Shown here: one piece after another, positions 39,914-48,409 of the stretch
Layout of the letters: each line of letters begins with the position of its first letter
Numbering within the stretch: position 1 is the first letter of the stretch
Source: an uncultured Bdellovibrionales bacterium
GTDB lineage: Bacteria; Bdellovibrionota_C; UBA2361; SZUA-149; CAZDIO01
Length of the DNA: 64,000 nt
Assembly: GCA_964505555.1 (NCBI GenBank)
Contig: CAZDIO010000102.1
Coordinates: forward strand, 13,355 to 77,354
Direction: 5' to 3'
The notes under the pieces: model-generated
What the model saw: only the letters and a program-made list of their open reading frames with translations
The model's database searches: none
What the model was told of the DNA's origin: nothing
Made by a program: the position numbers and the translations under genes

Positions 39914-40814
39914 ATTCAGTGTAAACCCACTTCTTGGGGGACCAAGTCTTGCATCACGAGCAAAGATGGGGAGCCCTTATCGGGAGCTTTTAATCGACGA
40001 GATCGATTTTGATCCTGATCAACCGCGACGAGTATTTAATGAAGAGCGACTTCAAGAGCTCGCTGATTCAATTAAAGAACACGGAATCATCTCACCAATA
40101 CTTGTTAAAGTAACAGAAGGGGGAACCTATAAGCTTGTATCTGGAGAGAGAAGACTTCGTGCCTCAAAAATTGCTGGATTAGAATCGATCCCCGCAGTTA
40201 TTGAAGACGATGATAAAAGTAGTGATGTAACCCTTCCTAAGCAGCTTGTAGAAAATCTCCAACGAGAAGATCTCACCGTAATGGAGAGGGCGATCGCTAT
40301 TGGCCAACTACGAGATGCTTACAAATTGAGCATTCGTGAGATCTCCTCAAAGCTTTCCATTTCAAAAGGACTCGTTCAGAGAAGCCTTGAAGTTCTCGAT
40401 CTCCCAGACGATCTTCAAGCAGCGTTAATAAACGGTGCCTCAGAGACGAAGATTCTCGTTTTAGCGAAAGTTTCGAATCGTGAATTGAGAAAAGAATTTA
40501 TCGCTCAACTTGATAATTTCACCCGAGCACAACTTGAAGAAGAGGTAGATCGGGTTACGACACTCTTAAATGGCGACAAAGAAGAGGTGTACCACGGTGG
40601 TACACCTCGTAGTCGAAAAAATGGAAGAAATAAACTTTCCCCTCAAGATGAGCAGTTAATTAATGATTTAAAAAACAAACTAGGAACAAGAGTTTCTTTA
40701 ATGCGCAGTCGTGGCAAAGAGGGGCAGGGGAAGCTGATGATCGAGTTCTATTCAGATAACGATCTAAGCGAGATCTTTCGACGACTTTGTCGAACCGCTA
40801 GCGATTCTCTTTAA
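39894..40814 (+). CDS. parB: ParB/Spo0J-family partition protein (GTG start)
   Basis: 306 aa. ParB box ISPILVK...YKLVSGERRLRAS. 20-nt overlap with parA. Confidence 0.85.
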   Translation: MAKKKVKFSVNPLLGGPSLASRAKMGSPYRELLIDEIDFDPDQPRRVFNEERLQELADSIKEHGIISPILVKVTEGGTYKLVSGERRLRASKIAGLESIPAVIEDDDKSSDVTLPKQLVENLQREDLTVMERAIAIGQLRDAYKLSIREISSKLSISKGLVQRSLEVLDLPDDLQAALINGASETKILVLAKVSNRELRKEFIAQLDNFTRAQLEEEVDRVTTLLNGDKEEVYHGGTPRSRKNGRNKLSPQDEQLINDLKNKLGTRVSLMRSRGKEGQGKLMIEFYSDNDLSEIFRRLCRTASDSL

Positions 40815-40888
40815 GCGATTACATTTGTGCGCCAACTGTACCACGGCGGTACACTAATAACAGCACAACAACACAGGAAATTATCCAG

Positions 40889-41716
40889 TTGTCCGTAAAT
40901 TTCTCTAATAATTACAGTCAGTTACAAGAGATTATTGAATCTGCTGTTGTCAGTTCTCTTGAAAACAGTGGTCCACTCTCTGAAGTAATGAGCTATGCCG
41001 TGCTCTCTCCGGGAAAGCGAGTTCGACCAGTCTTAACCCTTGCTGTTTCAGAACTTATAGAGGTGGATAAGAAAAGGTTGATTCCTTTTAGTCTCGCAGT
41101 TGAGTTTATTCACTCAGCGTCACTGATCCATGATGATCTTCCCGCGCTTGATAATGATACTTTAAGACGGGGAAAGCCAACCGCGCATGTTCGATACGGA
41201 GAAGCGTTAGCACTTCTTGGAGGGGATGCGCTTTTTGGAAAAGCATTTCAAATCGTCTCCTCCTCTGGAGAGGATCCAGAGATGATTACCAAACTAAATT
41301 CCCTTCTTAGCCAGACCCTTTTTGATCTGTGTGAGGGACAGGCGATGGAGTTTGCGTATGACAAAGAGGAGATGCTGAATGAAGAGGACATTCGAAATAT
41401 TCATCTGAAAAAAACAGCCTCATTGCTCTCTGCAAGCGCTGCTGCTCCAGGGCTGTTTTTTGACAAAAACCCAAGTCTTTACGGCATCTTAGCCGAGTTT
41501 GGCAGTTGTCTCGGGCTTCTCTTTCAGATTACAGATGATATCCTTGATCAAGATGAAGAAAAGAAGACAACCTACATCCATGCGATCGGACTTGAGGGAA
41601 GTAAGGACCGGGCAAGAGAGGAGCACAGTAAGCTCCTTCAAATATTAAAACCCTTCGGTGAAAGGGCTTGGTTTCTTAGAGAGCTTTGTGACTATGTTCT
41701 CAATCGACAACAGTAA
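40889..41716 (+). CDS. Polyprenyl synthetase (FPP/GGPP synthase)
   Basis: 275 aa. First DDxxD motif SLIHDDLPALDNDTLRRGKPT and second FQITDDILD. Confidence 0.85.
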   Translation: MSVNFSNNYSQLQEIIESAVVSSLENSGPLSEVMSYAVLSPGKRVRPVLTLAVSELIEVDKKRLIPFSLAVEFIHSASLIHDDLPALDNDTLRRGKPTAHVRYGEALALLGGDALFGKAFQIVSSSGEDPEMITKLNSLLSQTLFDLCEGQAMEFAYDKEEMLNEEDIRNIHLKKTASLLSASAAAPGLFFDKNPSLYGILAEFGSCLGLLFQITDDILDQDEEKKTTYIHAIGLEGSKDRAREEHSKLLQILKPFGERAWFLRELCDYVLNRQQ

Positions 41717-41734
41717 CGAAATAAGTCTGACAAA

Positions 41735-42571
41735 ATGAATCCTCCCTTTAGAAGATATCGATTTCTAAACACCCGCCCCAAACACCAGGCAGCATCTCTT
41801 TCAGAAATAGTTGTTAAAAACGGTGGAGAAGTAGTGGAGCTTCCCACACTTGAGATCTGTGCAGTTGAAGCTTCTCTCCAGAGAGATTTTGCAGAGGCGT
41901 TGCGCTCACTTCGAACAGGAGATTGGGTGTTTTTTACAAGTGCAAACGGAGTGAGAGAGGTTTGTAATTACCTGGAGAAGGAAAATCAGGAGGCACTAAA
42001 GGTGCTTTCTCAAGTAGGGATAGCCGTAGTGGGGGAGGTAACGAAAGAGGCTCTCTTTGAATTTGGAATTAAGGCCAGTTTCTGTGGGAAAACCGCTACT
42101 TCAAAATCACTTGGAGAGGAGTTTTTAGCGCAGCTTGGACAGAAGAGAAGGGGACAAAAAGCCCTTCTTTTTCAAGCAAAAAACGCCTCAGCAGAGCTTT
42201 CTGCGCTTTTGGAGGAGGGAGGATTTGAGGTGATAAACAGCGTGGTTTATTACTCAATCTGTCCTGAGGTTAGTAATGACCTGAGGGAGCAAGTGTATCG
42301 TTTAGTAAGAGAGAAGGCGCTTGATGGGATATTTTCTACAAGTAGTGAAGCGCTTCGAAATCTTAGTACTTTTTTTGAAGGTCATCTCCTTGAAGTGATA
42401 AGGAACACCCCTCTCTTTGTTATCGGCTCACAAACCGAAGCGACAGCGATGAAGCTTGGATTTAAGGAGATCTATCAGTCCCCTCATCCAAAGGTGAACT
42501 CTCTTGTAGAGACAGCTTTTCATTACTTTTCTACACAAAATCAATTACTGGAAGGAGGAGGACGAGTATGA
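41735..42571 (+). CDS. hemD: Uroporphyrinogen-III synthase
   Basis: 278 aa with HemD-like two-lobed pattern. Directly precedes and overlaps hemB. Confidence 0.65.
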   Translation: MNPPFRRYRFLNTRPKHQAASLSEIVVKNGGEVVELPTLEICAVEASLQRDFAEALRSLRTGDWVFFTSANGVREVCNYLEKENQEALKVLSQVGIAVVGEVTKEALFEFGIKASFCGKTATSKSLGEEFLAQLGQKRRGQKALLFQAKNASAELSALLEEGGFEVINSVVYYSICPEVSNDLREQVYRLVREKALDGIFSTSSEALRNLSTFFEGHLLEVIRNTPLFVIGSQTEATAMKLGFKEIYQSPHPKVNSLVETAFHYFSTQNQLLEGGGRV

Positions 42572-43539
42572 GTTTTCCTAACACTCGGATGCGAAGACTA
42601 CGACAGAATATCGCTCTTCGTGCCCTTACGGAAGAAACGAAACTTTCAAGTAAGGATTTTATCGCTCCCCTTTTTATTGTTCCAGGAAGGGGAGTAAAAA
42701 AAGAGATCTCCTCGCTTGAGGGGCAGTTTCATCTAAGTGCTGATGCGGCTGTTGAAGAGGTGTATACGCTTAGGAAACTCGGGGTTAAATCGGTATTACT
42801 CTTTGGACTTCCTGAAAAAAAAGATGAGCGAGGGGAGGTAAGTTGTCTTCCCGATGGAGTAGTACAGCAAGCAATTAGTGCGATAAAGAAGGAAGTTCGT
42901 GAGGTGGCCATTATCGCTGACCTCTGTTTTTGTGAATACACAACCCATGGTCATTGCGGAATTATTGTTGATGGGGATGTGGATAATGATCTGACCTTGG
43001 AGATGACCGGAAAGCAGGCGATCTCCCTTGCTCGCGCTGGAGCGGACATTATCGCTCCATCGGGGATGATGGATGGGATGGTGCAAACGATCCGTTTAGC
43101 ACTGGATAAAGAACAATTTATAAACACGGCCATTATGAGCTACTCCGCTAAGTACTGCTCCTCTTTTTATGGGCCATTTCGAGAAGCGGTAGCCTCTTCC
43201 CCCTCTTTTGGGGACAGAAAAACGTATCAGATGAATCCTGCAAATAGCGAGGAAGCACTACGAGAAGTAGCTCTCGATCTGGAAGAGGGTGCTGATATTG
43301 TAATGGTAAAGCCAGCCCTCTCGTATCTGGATATTATTTCCCGAGTAAAAGAGAGATTTCATGTACCACTTGCTGCATACAACGTCAGTGGTGAGTATGC
43401 GATGGTGAAAGCCGCCGCAGAGAAAGGTCTTATTGATGGCGAAAAGGTAATGATCGAAACCCTCCTCTCTATAAAACGCGCCGGTGCAGATACGATCATC
43501 ACCTACTTTGCAAAGGAAGCAGCAACTTTTTTATCTTAG
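42568..43539 (+). CDS. hemB: Porphobilinogen synthase (delta-aminolevulinate dehydratase)
   Basis: 323 aa. RMRRLR near the N-terminus, active-site region around ADIIAPSGMMDG, and MVKPAL...Y motif. Confidence 0.9.
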   Translation: MSFPNTRMRRLRQNIALRALTEETKLSSKDFIAPLFIVPGRGVKKEISSLEGQFHLSADAAVEEVYTLRKLGVKSVLLFGLPEKKDERGEVSCLPDGVVQQAISAIKKEVREVAIIADLCFCEYTTHGHCGIIVDGDVDNDLTLEMTGKQAISLARAGADIIAPSGMMDGMVQTIRLALDKEQFINTAIMSYSAKYCSSFYGPFREAVASSPSFGDRKTYQMNPANSEEALREVALDLEEGADIVMVKPALSYLDIISRVKERFHVPLAAYNVSGEYAMVKAAAEKGLIDGEKVMIETLLSIKRAGADTIITYFAKEAATFLS

Positions 43540-43550
43540 AGGCTGTATCA

Positions 43551-43717
43551 AAACCTCAAGAAACCTTAGACTTAGGGTCTTTAAGCCTTCGACTTAAACT
43601 ACACTTAGCCTTGCTCCTGCACTTGCTAAGTGTAGTTTAAGGAGAGGTCGAAGTGAAAGTCTAAGATAGTGTATAAAAACTTTCAGAGCCTTTGATTTAG
43701 AAGGTTTTGATACAGCG
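43551..43717. repeat. About 170-nt compound palindrome (nested stems) immediately downstream of hemB
   Basis: Outer arms ggctgtatcaaaacc ... ggttttgatacagcg. Inner stem cttcgacttaaactacacttagc ... gctaagtgtagtttaa..gtcgaag. Confidence 0.7.
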
Positions 43718-43781
43718 TCCAAGTAAACACCTGTTTCTCTCTAGGGCGGGTTGGCTAAAGTACGTCGGGCTGTTTTTTTAA

Positions 43782-43869
43782 TGAACACAGAGTTTCACAG
43801 AGATCCACAGAGTAAAGAAAAAAGCTTTTAGATTTAACTCTGTGTAACCCTGTGAAACTCTGTGTTCAA
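43782..43869. repeat. Family A palindromic repeat, copy A2 (left arm variant agatc for ggtta)
   Basis: tgaacacagagtttcacagagatccacagagt aaagaaaaaagcttttagattta actctgtgtaaccctgtgaaactctgtgttcaa. Confidence 0.85.
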
Positions 43870-44020
43870 ACCTACTAAATGAAACGACGCTAGTTGAAAC
43901 CACCTCTATTTGACCCATATAAACCCTAGGGAACTTAAGCTTTAAATCATCGATAAAGATTATGAGGGCAATTCGTCTCTCATCACTATTACGAAATAGA
44001 CTTCAAATAGGGAGGCCATC

Positions 44021-45376
44021 ATGATCGTTACTGATTCACCATTTCGCACGCAATATAGCGCCAATAACGTTGCAATTCGAAACGGAGCAACAAGTACTAC
44101 GCCGGCGCAATTTAGTAATCTTTCTTTTCTTCGATCGACACCACCTTCTTTACCTTCAAGCAATCTCCTTGCCCCATCAAGTAGCGGAGGATTTGTTTCT
44201 CAAGTGCAGTCGATGCTGCAGCAAGTTTCGGTGCTGATGGATCTCATCGGTGCCGCAAGACAATCAGATCAAAGTGCTGGGGTTAGTCTCCTCGATGGGG
44301 CGAAACTCTTTTCTCAAAATGTTTCTCAGGAGCTTTTTAACCTTCAGACAAGAGGAGGTATCGGAGGGGTTTTTGATGCTGTTCCGACCTCTATAGATAG
44401 TCTTGGTACTGCCGCTCAACAGTACGTTCTTGGGAACCTCAAGCGAGAGTTTTTTGACGCAGTTGGTGAGGCGTTTGGGGTGGATGTTTCACAGCTTTCT
44501 GTAACAGATCTTGCCAATTTGGCTTATGAAAGCGTTTTTGGAGAGGGAACATCGCTCTCTAGTACCCTCTCAGATGGGGTGGCAGGAATCTTCTCCGGTC
44601 AGGATCCCTTTGTAGCAGGAGAACTTAGTGGAGAAATTGGTGGAGAAATAAGCACTGAAGTAGGCGGGGCAACTTCAGGAATTGGCCAATTTACAGGCGC
44701 TTTAGCAACCGCGTATTCTCTCTATGGAATAATTAATGACTGGGGAAAGAGCACCCCAGCCATGGGTGCGATGCGAGGTGCTACGGCTGGAGCGTACATC
44801 GGGAGTATTATTCCAGGAGTTGGAACTCTTATCGGAGGTGCCATCGGTGGGGTTGCGGGGGCGATCTCTGGATTGTTTCATAGTGGGAAGCATAAAAACC
44901 AGATTCAACGCGATCAGGTTCGAGAGTTTTTAAGAAATGCCCAAATTATCGATTCAGATAACTCCCTTCAGTTAGCAAATGGTGAACGTTTTGATATCGG
45001 AAAAGATGGAGGTGCTCGCTATCTTGGACTTGACGGAGTTGAGAGACGACCCTACGTGACTGACCCTTCAAATCCACTTACCGCTGAGGCGATAGGGCTT
45101 GTAAATCCGTTAGCAATAATTCTCACCGGAGGTGATCCTGGACTTTCTTCAGCTTTTGCAGGGTATTTTAGTAATGCCATCGTCAGTAACGCACAAGATC
45201 TCGAAGGCGTCCGCCAAAATGCCTTGGCGATATTCTCAAAATTTCAGGTTACCCCAGAGCAATTGATCGCTGGCTTAGAAAATCTTACTGCCTCCGGCAA
45301 AATCCCCCCAGAAGATTTTGCTGCATACGCAAACGGGGTAAGAACTCTCCTTGAAGGGTTTTCTTCACCTTCATAA
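44021..45376 (+). CDS. Hypothetical protein with central glycine-zipper hydrophobic segment; candidate secreted/translocator-like protein
   Basis: 451 aa, no signal peptide. Ser/Thr-rich N-terminus. Segment AGAYIGSIIPGVGTLIGGAIGGVAGAISGLF (GxxxG repeats). Flanked by family A repeats. Confidence 0.5.
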   Translation: MIVTDSPFRTQYSANNVAIRNGATSTTPAQFSNLSFLRSTPPSLPSSNLLAPSSSGGFVSQVQSMLQQVSVLMDLIGAARQSDQSAGVSLLDGAKLFSQNVSQELFNLQTRGGIGGVFDAVPTSIDSLGTAAQQYVLGNLKREFFDAVGEAFGVDVSQLSVTDLANLAYESVFGEGTSLSSTLSDGVAGIFSGQDPFVAGELSGEIGGEISTEVGGATSGIGQFTGALATAYSLYGIINDWGKSTPAMGAMRGATAGAYIGSIIPGVGTLIGGAIGGVAGAISGLFHSGKHKNQIQRDQVREFLRNAQIIDSDNSLQLANGERFDIGKDGGARYLGLDGVERRPYVTDPSNPLTAEAIGLVNPLAIILTGGDPGLSSAFAGYFSNAIVSNAQDLEGVRQNALAIFSKFQVTPEQLIAGLENLTASGKIPPEDFAAYANGVRTLLEGFSSPS

Positions 45377-45390
45377 GAAGCGTTAGATTA

Positions 45391-45479
45391 TTGAACACAG
45401 AGTTTCACAGGGTTACACAGAGTTTGAACTATCTTACTTATCCCACACTCTGTGTAACCCTGTGAAACTCTGTGTTCAA
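45391..45479. repeat. Family A palindromic repeat, copy A3 (followed by ccttccttttttgc extension)
   Basis: ttgaacacagagtttcacagggttacacagagt ttgaactatcttacttatcccac actctgtgtaaccctgtgaaactctgtgttcaa, then ccttccttttttgc. Confidence 0.9.
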
Positions 45480-45546
45480 CCTTCCTTTTTTGCTCAAAAA
45501 GTTTAAAAACATCTTTACTGCTATATCGAATAGTGATATTAATCTA

Positions 45547-45708
45547 GTGGTGATTCGATCGTACAAAAACATTGGCACACGTGATATTGCTGAGAATTCG
45601 AAAGCAGCGCGGCGACTGTTGCCGCAACCATTTAATGCTCAGTATCGCATTTGCTTTCTTTGGAATGGCATTGATGCTGACGCAGTTGAAATAGTGGATT
45701 ATCACTGA
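45547..45708 (+). pseudogene. higB: HigB-like toxin remnant (internally truncated RelE/ParE-superfamily killer protein)
   Basis: N-terminus VVIRSYKNIG... and C-terminus YRICFLWNGIDADAVEIVDYH match the HigB ends (…RVIFRFEDGDAYDVDYIDYH). The central ~40 residues are missing. The longer ORF from 45472 begins inside repeat A3. Confidence 0.5.
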
Positions 45709-45732
45709 GAGATTACAAAAAAGGGCTTCAGC

Positions 45733-46026
45733 ATGTTGAAACCTAGGCGTGTTATAGCAGTGCATCCTGGAGAGATGCTTGAAGAGGTTCTTAAACAGAA
45801 CAAGATTAGCCAATCTTCCCTTGCCGCTCATCTCGGAGTTACTCAAGCAAAGATCAACGAAATCTGTCGTGGTAAGCGAGGAGTGACGCCAGATATGGCG
45901 ATGAAGTTCGGTAAAGCTTTTGGACAGAGCCCAATGTTTTGGATAAATATCCAAAAAAATTGGGAGATGAGCCAGCTCGATGAATCTGATTACAAAGACA
46001 TACAACGGATAAAATGTCGTGCGTAG
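45733..46026 (+). CDS. higA: HigA-family antitoxin (XRE-type HTH)
   Basis: 97 aa. HPGEMLEEVLKQNKISQSSLAAHLGVTQAKINEICRGKRGVTPDMAMKFGKAFG matches the HigA/VapI HTH. Confidence 0.85.
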   Translation: MLKPRRVIAVHPGEMLEEVLKQNKISQSSLAAHLGVTQAKINEICRGKRGVTPDMAMKFGKAFGQSPMFWINIQKNWEMSQLDESDYKDIQRIKCRA

Positions 46027-46142
46027 AAAGCAAGTAAAAGGATTTTACTGGACTTCTGCTGATGCACGGCGACTGCATTTGCTCTCTATTTGAATCCCGA
46101 CTGAGGATCTGGAGAGTTTTATTAAATTACAGCTTATGATTA

Positions 46143-46232
46143 TTGAACACAGAGTTTCACAGGGTTACACAGAGTGTGGGAATAATTAAGATAATTTAAA
46201 CTCTGTGTAACCCTGTGAAACTCTGTGTTCAA
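46143..46232. repeat. Family A palindromic repeat, copy A4 (followed by ccttccctttttgc extension)
   Basis: ttgaacacagagtttcacagggttacacagagt gtgggaataattaagataatttaa actctgtgtaaccctgtgaaactctgtgttcaa, then ccttccctttttgc. Confidence 0.9.
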
Positions 46233-46482
46233 CCTTCCCTTTTTGCCTGTGGGCATGTGGAGTTACCGATTGCTCTAAGAAAAATCATTGATGAAGGCCA
46301 ATTAAGCTGAGGCAAATTGCCTCAGTAGATTCAAAATGCATCAGCGATCATTATTCTAACCCTCTGAAACTGTTCAGATCTTCTTTCACACCAAAGTTGG
46401 CATGACCTTGCAATAGAAACGGTAGGTTCTTGCTACAGGTTCTTTTTGTTTTTTAGTCAGAAAACTTAGCAAGGAGGACTTT

Positions 46483-47196
46483 GTGGTGAAAGGGACAACG
46501 GAAAAATTAACTGAAGAGCAGATTCCCCTCGTAATTGAAAATATTCTTTATGCAAAAAAACTGGCGAGGCAGTTTTATCAACAACGAAGCCACTTCGGTT
46601 TCGATGTTGAGGATTTTGAAGGCGCAGCATTGTTTGGATTATGTGACGCTGCAAGGAGGTTTGAGCCTGATAAGACACTTCATTTTAGAACATTTTCCTA
46701 TTTTCGCATTCGGGGTGCGATGTATGATCTGCTGCGACATGGGGGGGGAATTTCGAAGAAACACTTCAAGTGTTTCATTGAAAATCGAAATCAAACGGGA
46801 GAGGGGACAAAACCTCGAGCAGAGGAAGAAGGGAGCCTCCCCTATTCATTTGCAAGAACTGCTGAGGAGTTATCGAGCATTATTGCCACGATTGAAGAGA
46901 TCGATATCGCTGTGCATGTCAGCACGGACAGCGAGATTCCTGAACTCAGCTACGCACGAGACCTAAATCCTGAAGAGATCAATACCATTCGTGCAACCCG
47001 GTCCTATATTAGAAAACTTATCTCTCAACTTCCCACTGAACAACGAACCGTAATTGAACTTCGCTACTACAATGGCGCTACCTTTGATGAAATTAGCGCA
47101 AATCTCGGTGGGCACTCACGGAGTTGGGTTTCACGAACCCATGTTCGAGCTCTTGATAATTTGCGAGGGATGATTCTTAGCGAAAGGAGAGTGTAA
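46483..47196 (+). CDS. Sigma-70-family sigma factor, FliA/sigma-28-like
   Basis: 237 aa. Region 2 (FEGAALFGLCDAARRFEPDKTLHFRTFSYFRIRGAMYD) and region 4 HTH (VIELRYYNGATFDEISANLGGHSRSWVSRTHVRALDNLR). RBS AAGGAGGA. Stop overlaps the sctJ start (TAATG). Confidence 0.8.
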   Translation: MVKGTTEKLTEEQIPLVIENILYAKKLARQFYQQRSHFGFDVEDFEGAALFGLCDAARRFEPDKTLHFRTFSYFRIRGAMYDLLRHGGGISKKHFKCFIENRNQTGEGTKPRAEEEGSLPYSFARTAEELSSIIATIEEIDIAVHVSTDSEIPELSYARDLNPEEINTIRATRSYIRKLISQLPTEQRTVIELRYYNGATFDEISANLGGHSRSWVSRTHVRALDNLRGMILSERRV

Positions 47197-48131
47197 TGAC
47201 ATCCTCAAAATGGAAAGGAATTTTTCTTGCGCTCGTAGCGTTTTTTCAGGTCAGTTGTAAAGAGACCGTTCTTCATAACTTAGATGAGGTGCGAGCCAAT
47301 CAGGTAAAAGTAACACTAGAGAAACGAGGAATTACTGCGCAAAAGCTTTTTGAAGGGAGCGGATGGAGTATTCGAGTCAAGCGTGCTGACGAAACAGAGG
47401 CACTCTCGATTCTTGAAGAAAGCAGAGTTCTCAAACGGAATCTCCGAACCCCGATAGAACCACCAAAGGGGCTTATTCCAAGCCGAGAGGAACGAGCATC
47501 ATTTTCAGAACGGCAACTGGCGGCAAGTTTAGAAAGTACTCTTGAGCGCTTACCCTATGTGCTAGAAGCTCGAGTTCATCTGAACTTAAATGCCGAAGAG
47601 AACCTTCAAATGGTTTTGCCAAAAGAGGGCCATACGGGAAGTGCTCTGATTGTCACCGATGATCATATGCCTGATCATTTAGCAATTCAAAAATCTCAAG
47701 TACAACAACTCATTGCAGGAGCATCAGGAGTAAACCCACAATCAATCTCGGTAGTAATCGCCAAAGCAAGTGCTGAAAACTACGCAGAGCCACAGATCCA
47801 TAAAGTAGCAAAGCCAGTAGAGACGACGAAAAAAGATACTCCCTCCCATTCTCCATCGTGGATAAAAAAGCTGATAGTGCATGCTCGACAGTATCAAACA
47901 TTTTTAATCTATCTCGCTGGGGTATTAATTGCAGTTCTTGCACTCCGATTGATTTTTCGAAAAAACCCATTTCGAAGTGAGCAAACAATACCGAGTTTTC
48001 AAATGCCTCCTCTGAAGAACTCAAAAAATACCGTCTCCTCTGGTGTTCTGGTCAACGGTACCCAACACGGAAATGGCAGTCAGTTTAAACTGCAACCAAA
48101 CAAACAACATGAAACATTGGAGGTGTACTAA
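47196..48131 (+). CDS. sctJ: Type III secretion inner-membrane ring lipoprotein SctJ (YscJ/PrgK/CdsJ family)
   Basis: 311 aa. Signal plus Cys (FFQVSCKE), then LDEVRANQVKVTLEKRGITAQKL...ETEALSILEESRV (YscJ-like secretin/ring-building motif pair). Single C-terminal TM (FLIYLAGVLIAVLALRLIF). Confidence 0.75.
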   Translation: MTSSKWKGIFLALVAFFQVSCKETVLHNLDEVRANQVKVTLEKRGITAQKLFEGSGWSIRVKRADETEALSILEESRVLKRNLRTPIEPPKGLIPSREERASFSERQLAASLESTLERLPYVLEARVHLNLNAEENLQMVLPKEGHTGSALIVTDDHMPDHLAIQKSQVQQLIAGASGVNPQSISVVIAKASAENYAEPQIHKVAKPVETTKKDTPSHSPSWIKKLIVHARQYQTFLIYLAGVLIAVLALRLIFRKNPFRSEQTIPSFQMPPLKNSKNTVSSGVLVNGTQHGNGSQFKLQPNKQHETLEVY

Positions 48132-48132
48132 G

Positions 48133-48408
48133 ATGATGGCTTCTTCTTTAAATATCCATTGCTCACGGCGATGTGAATTGCTTCTCTGCTTAAGTTATCT
48201 CCTTACCCCAGAAGCAGTTACTTCCATCGCCTCAAAATTAGCAACCAATCGCGATCAAGCCGCGAGAAACCTTGCTCAGGCGATGATGTCACTCTCTCCT
48301 CAGTATGTACGAGACCTGAGTTTAAAAACACTTGCCAATGCCGGAATGAGTATCGGTAATTATAAAAACCAAACGCATGCTCACGGGGTAGCCTCGAGGA
48401 AGTTGTAA
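48133..48408 (+). CDS. Small T3SS-locus protein (hypothetical)
   Basis: 91 aa from ATG immediately after the sctJ stop. The longer ORF from 48043 overlaps sctJ. No motif. Confidence 0.3.
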   Translation: MMASSLNIHCSRRCELLLCLSYLLTPEAVTSIASKLATNRDQAARNLAQAMMSLSPQYVRDLSLKTLANAGMSIGNYKNQTHAHGVASRKL

Positions 48409-48409
48409 A

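Noticed and set aside
45472-45546. Upstream extension of the higB-like ORF (MFNLPFLLKKFKNIFTAISNSDINL)
   Set aside because: This segment lies inside repeat copy A3 and its T-rich extension, and it has no similarity to HigB. A GTG start at 45547/45550 gives the conserved HigB N-terminus.
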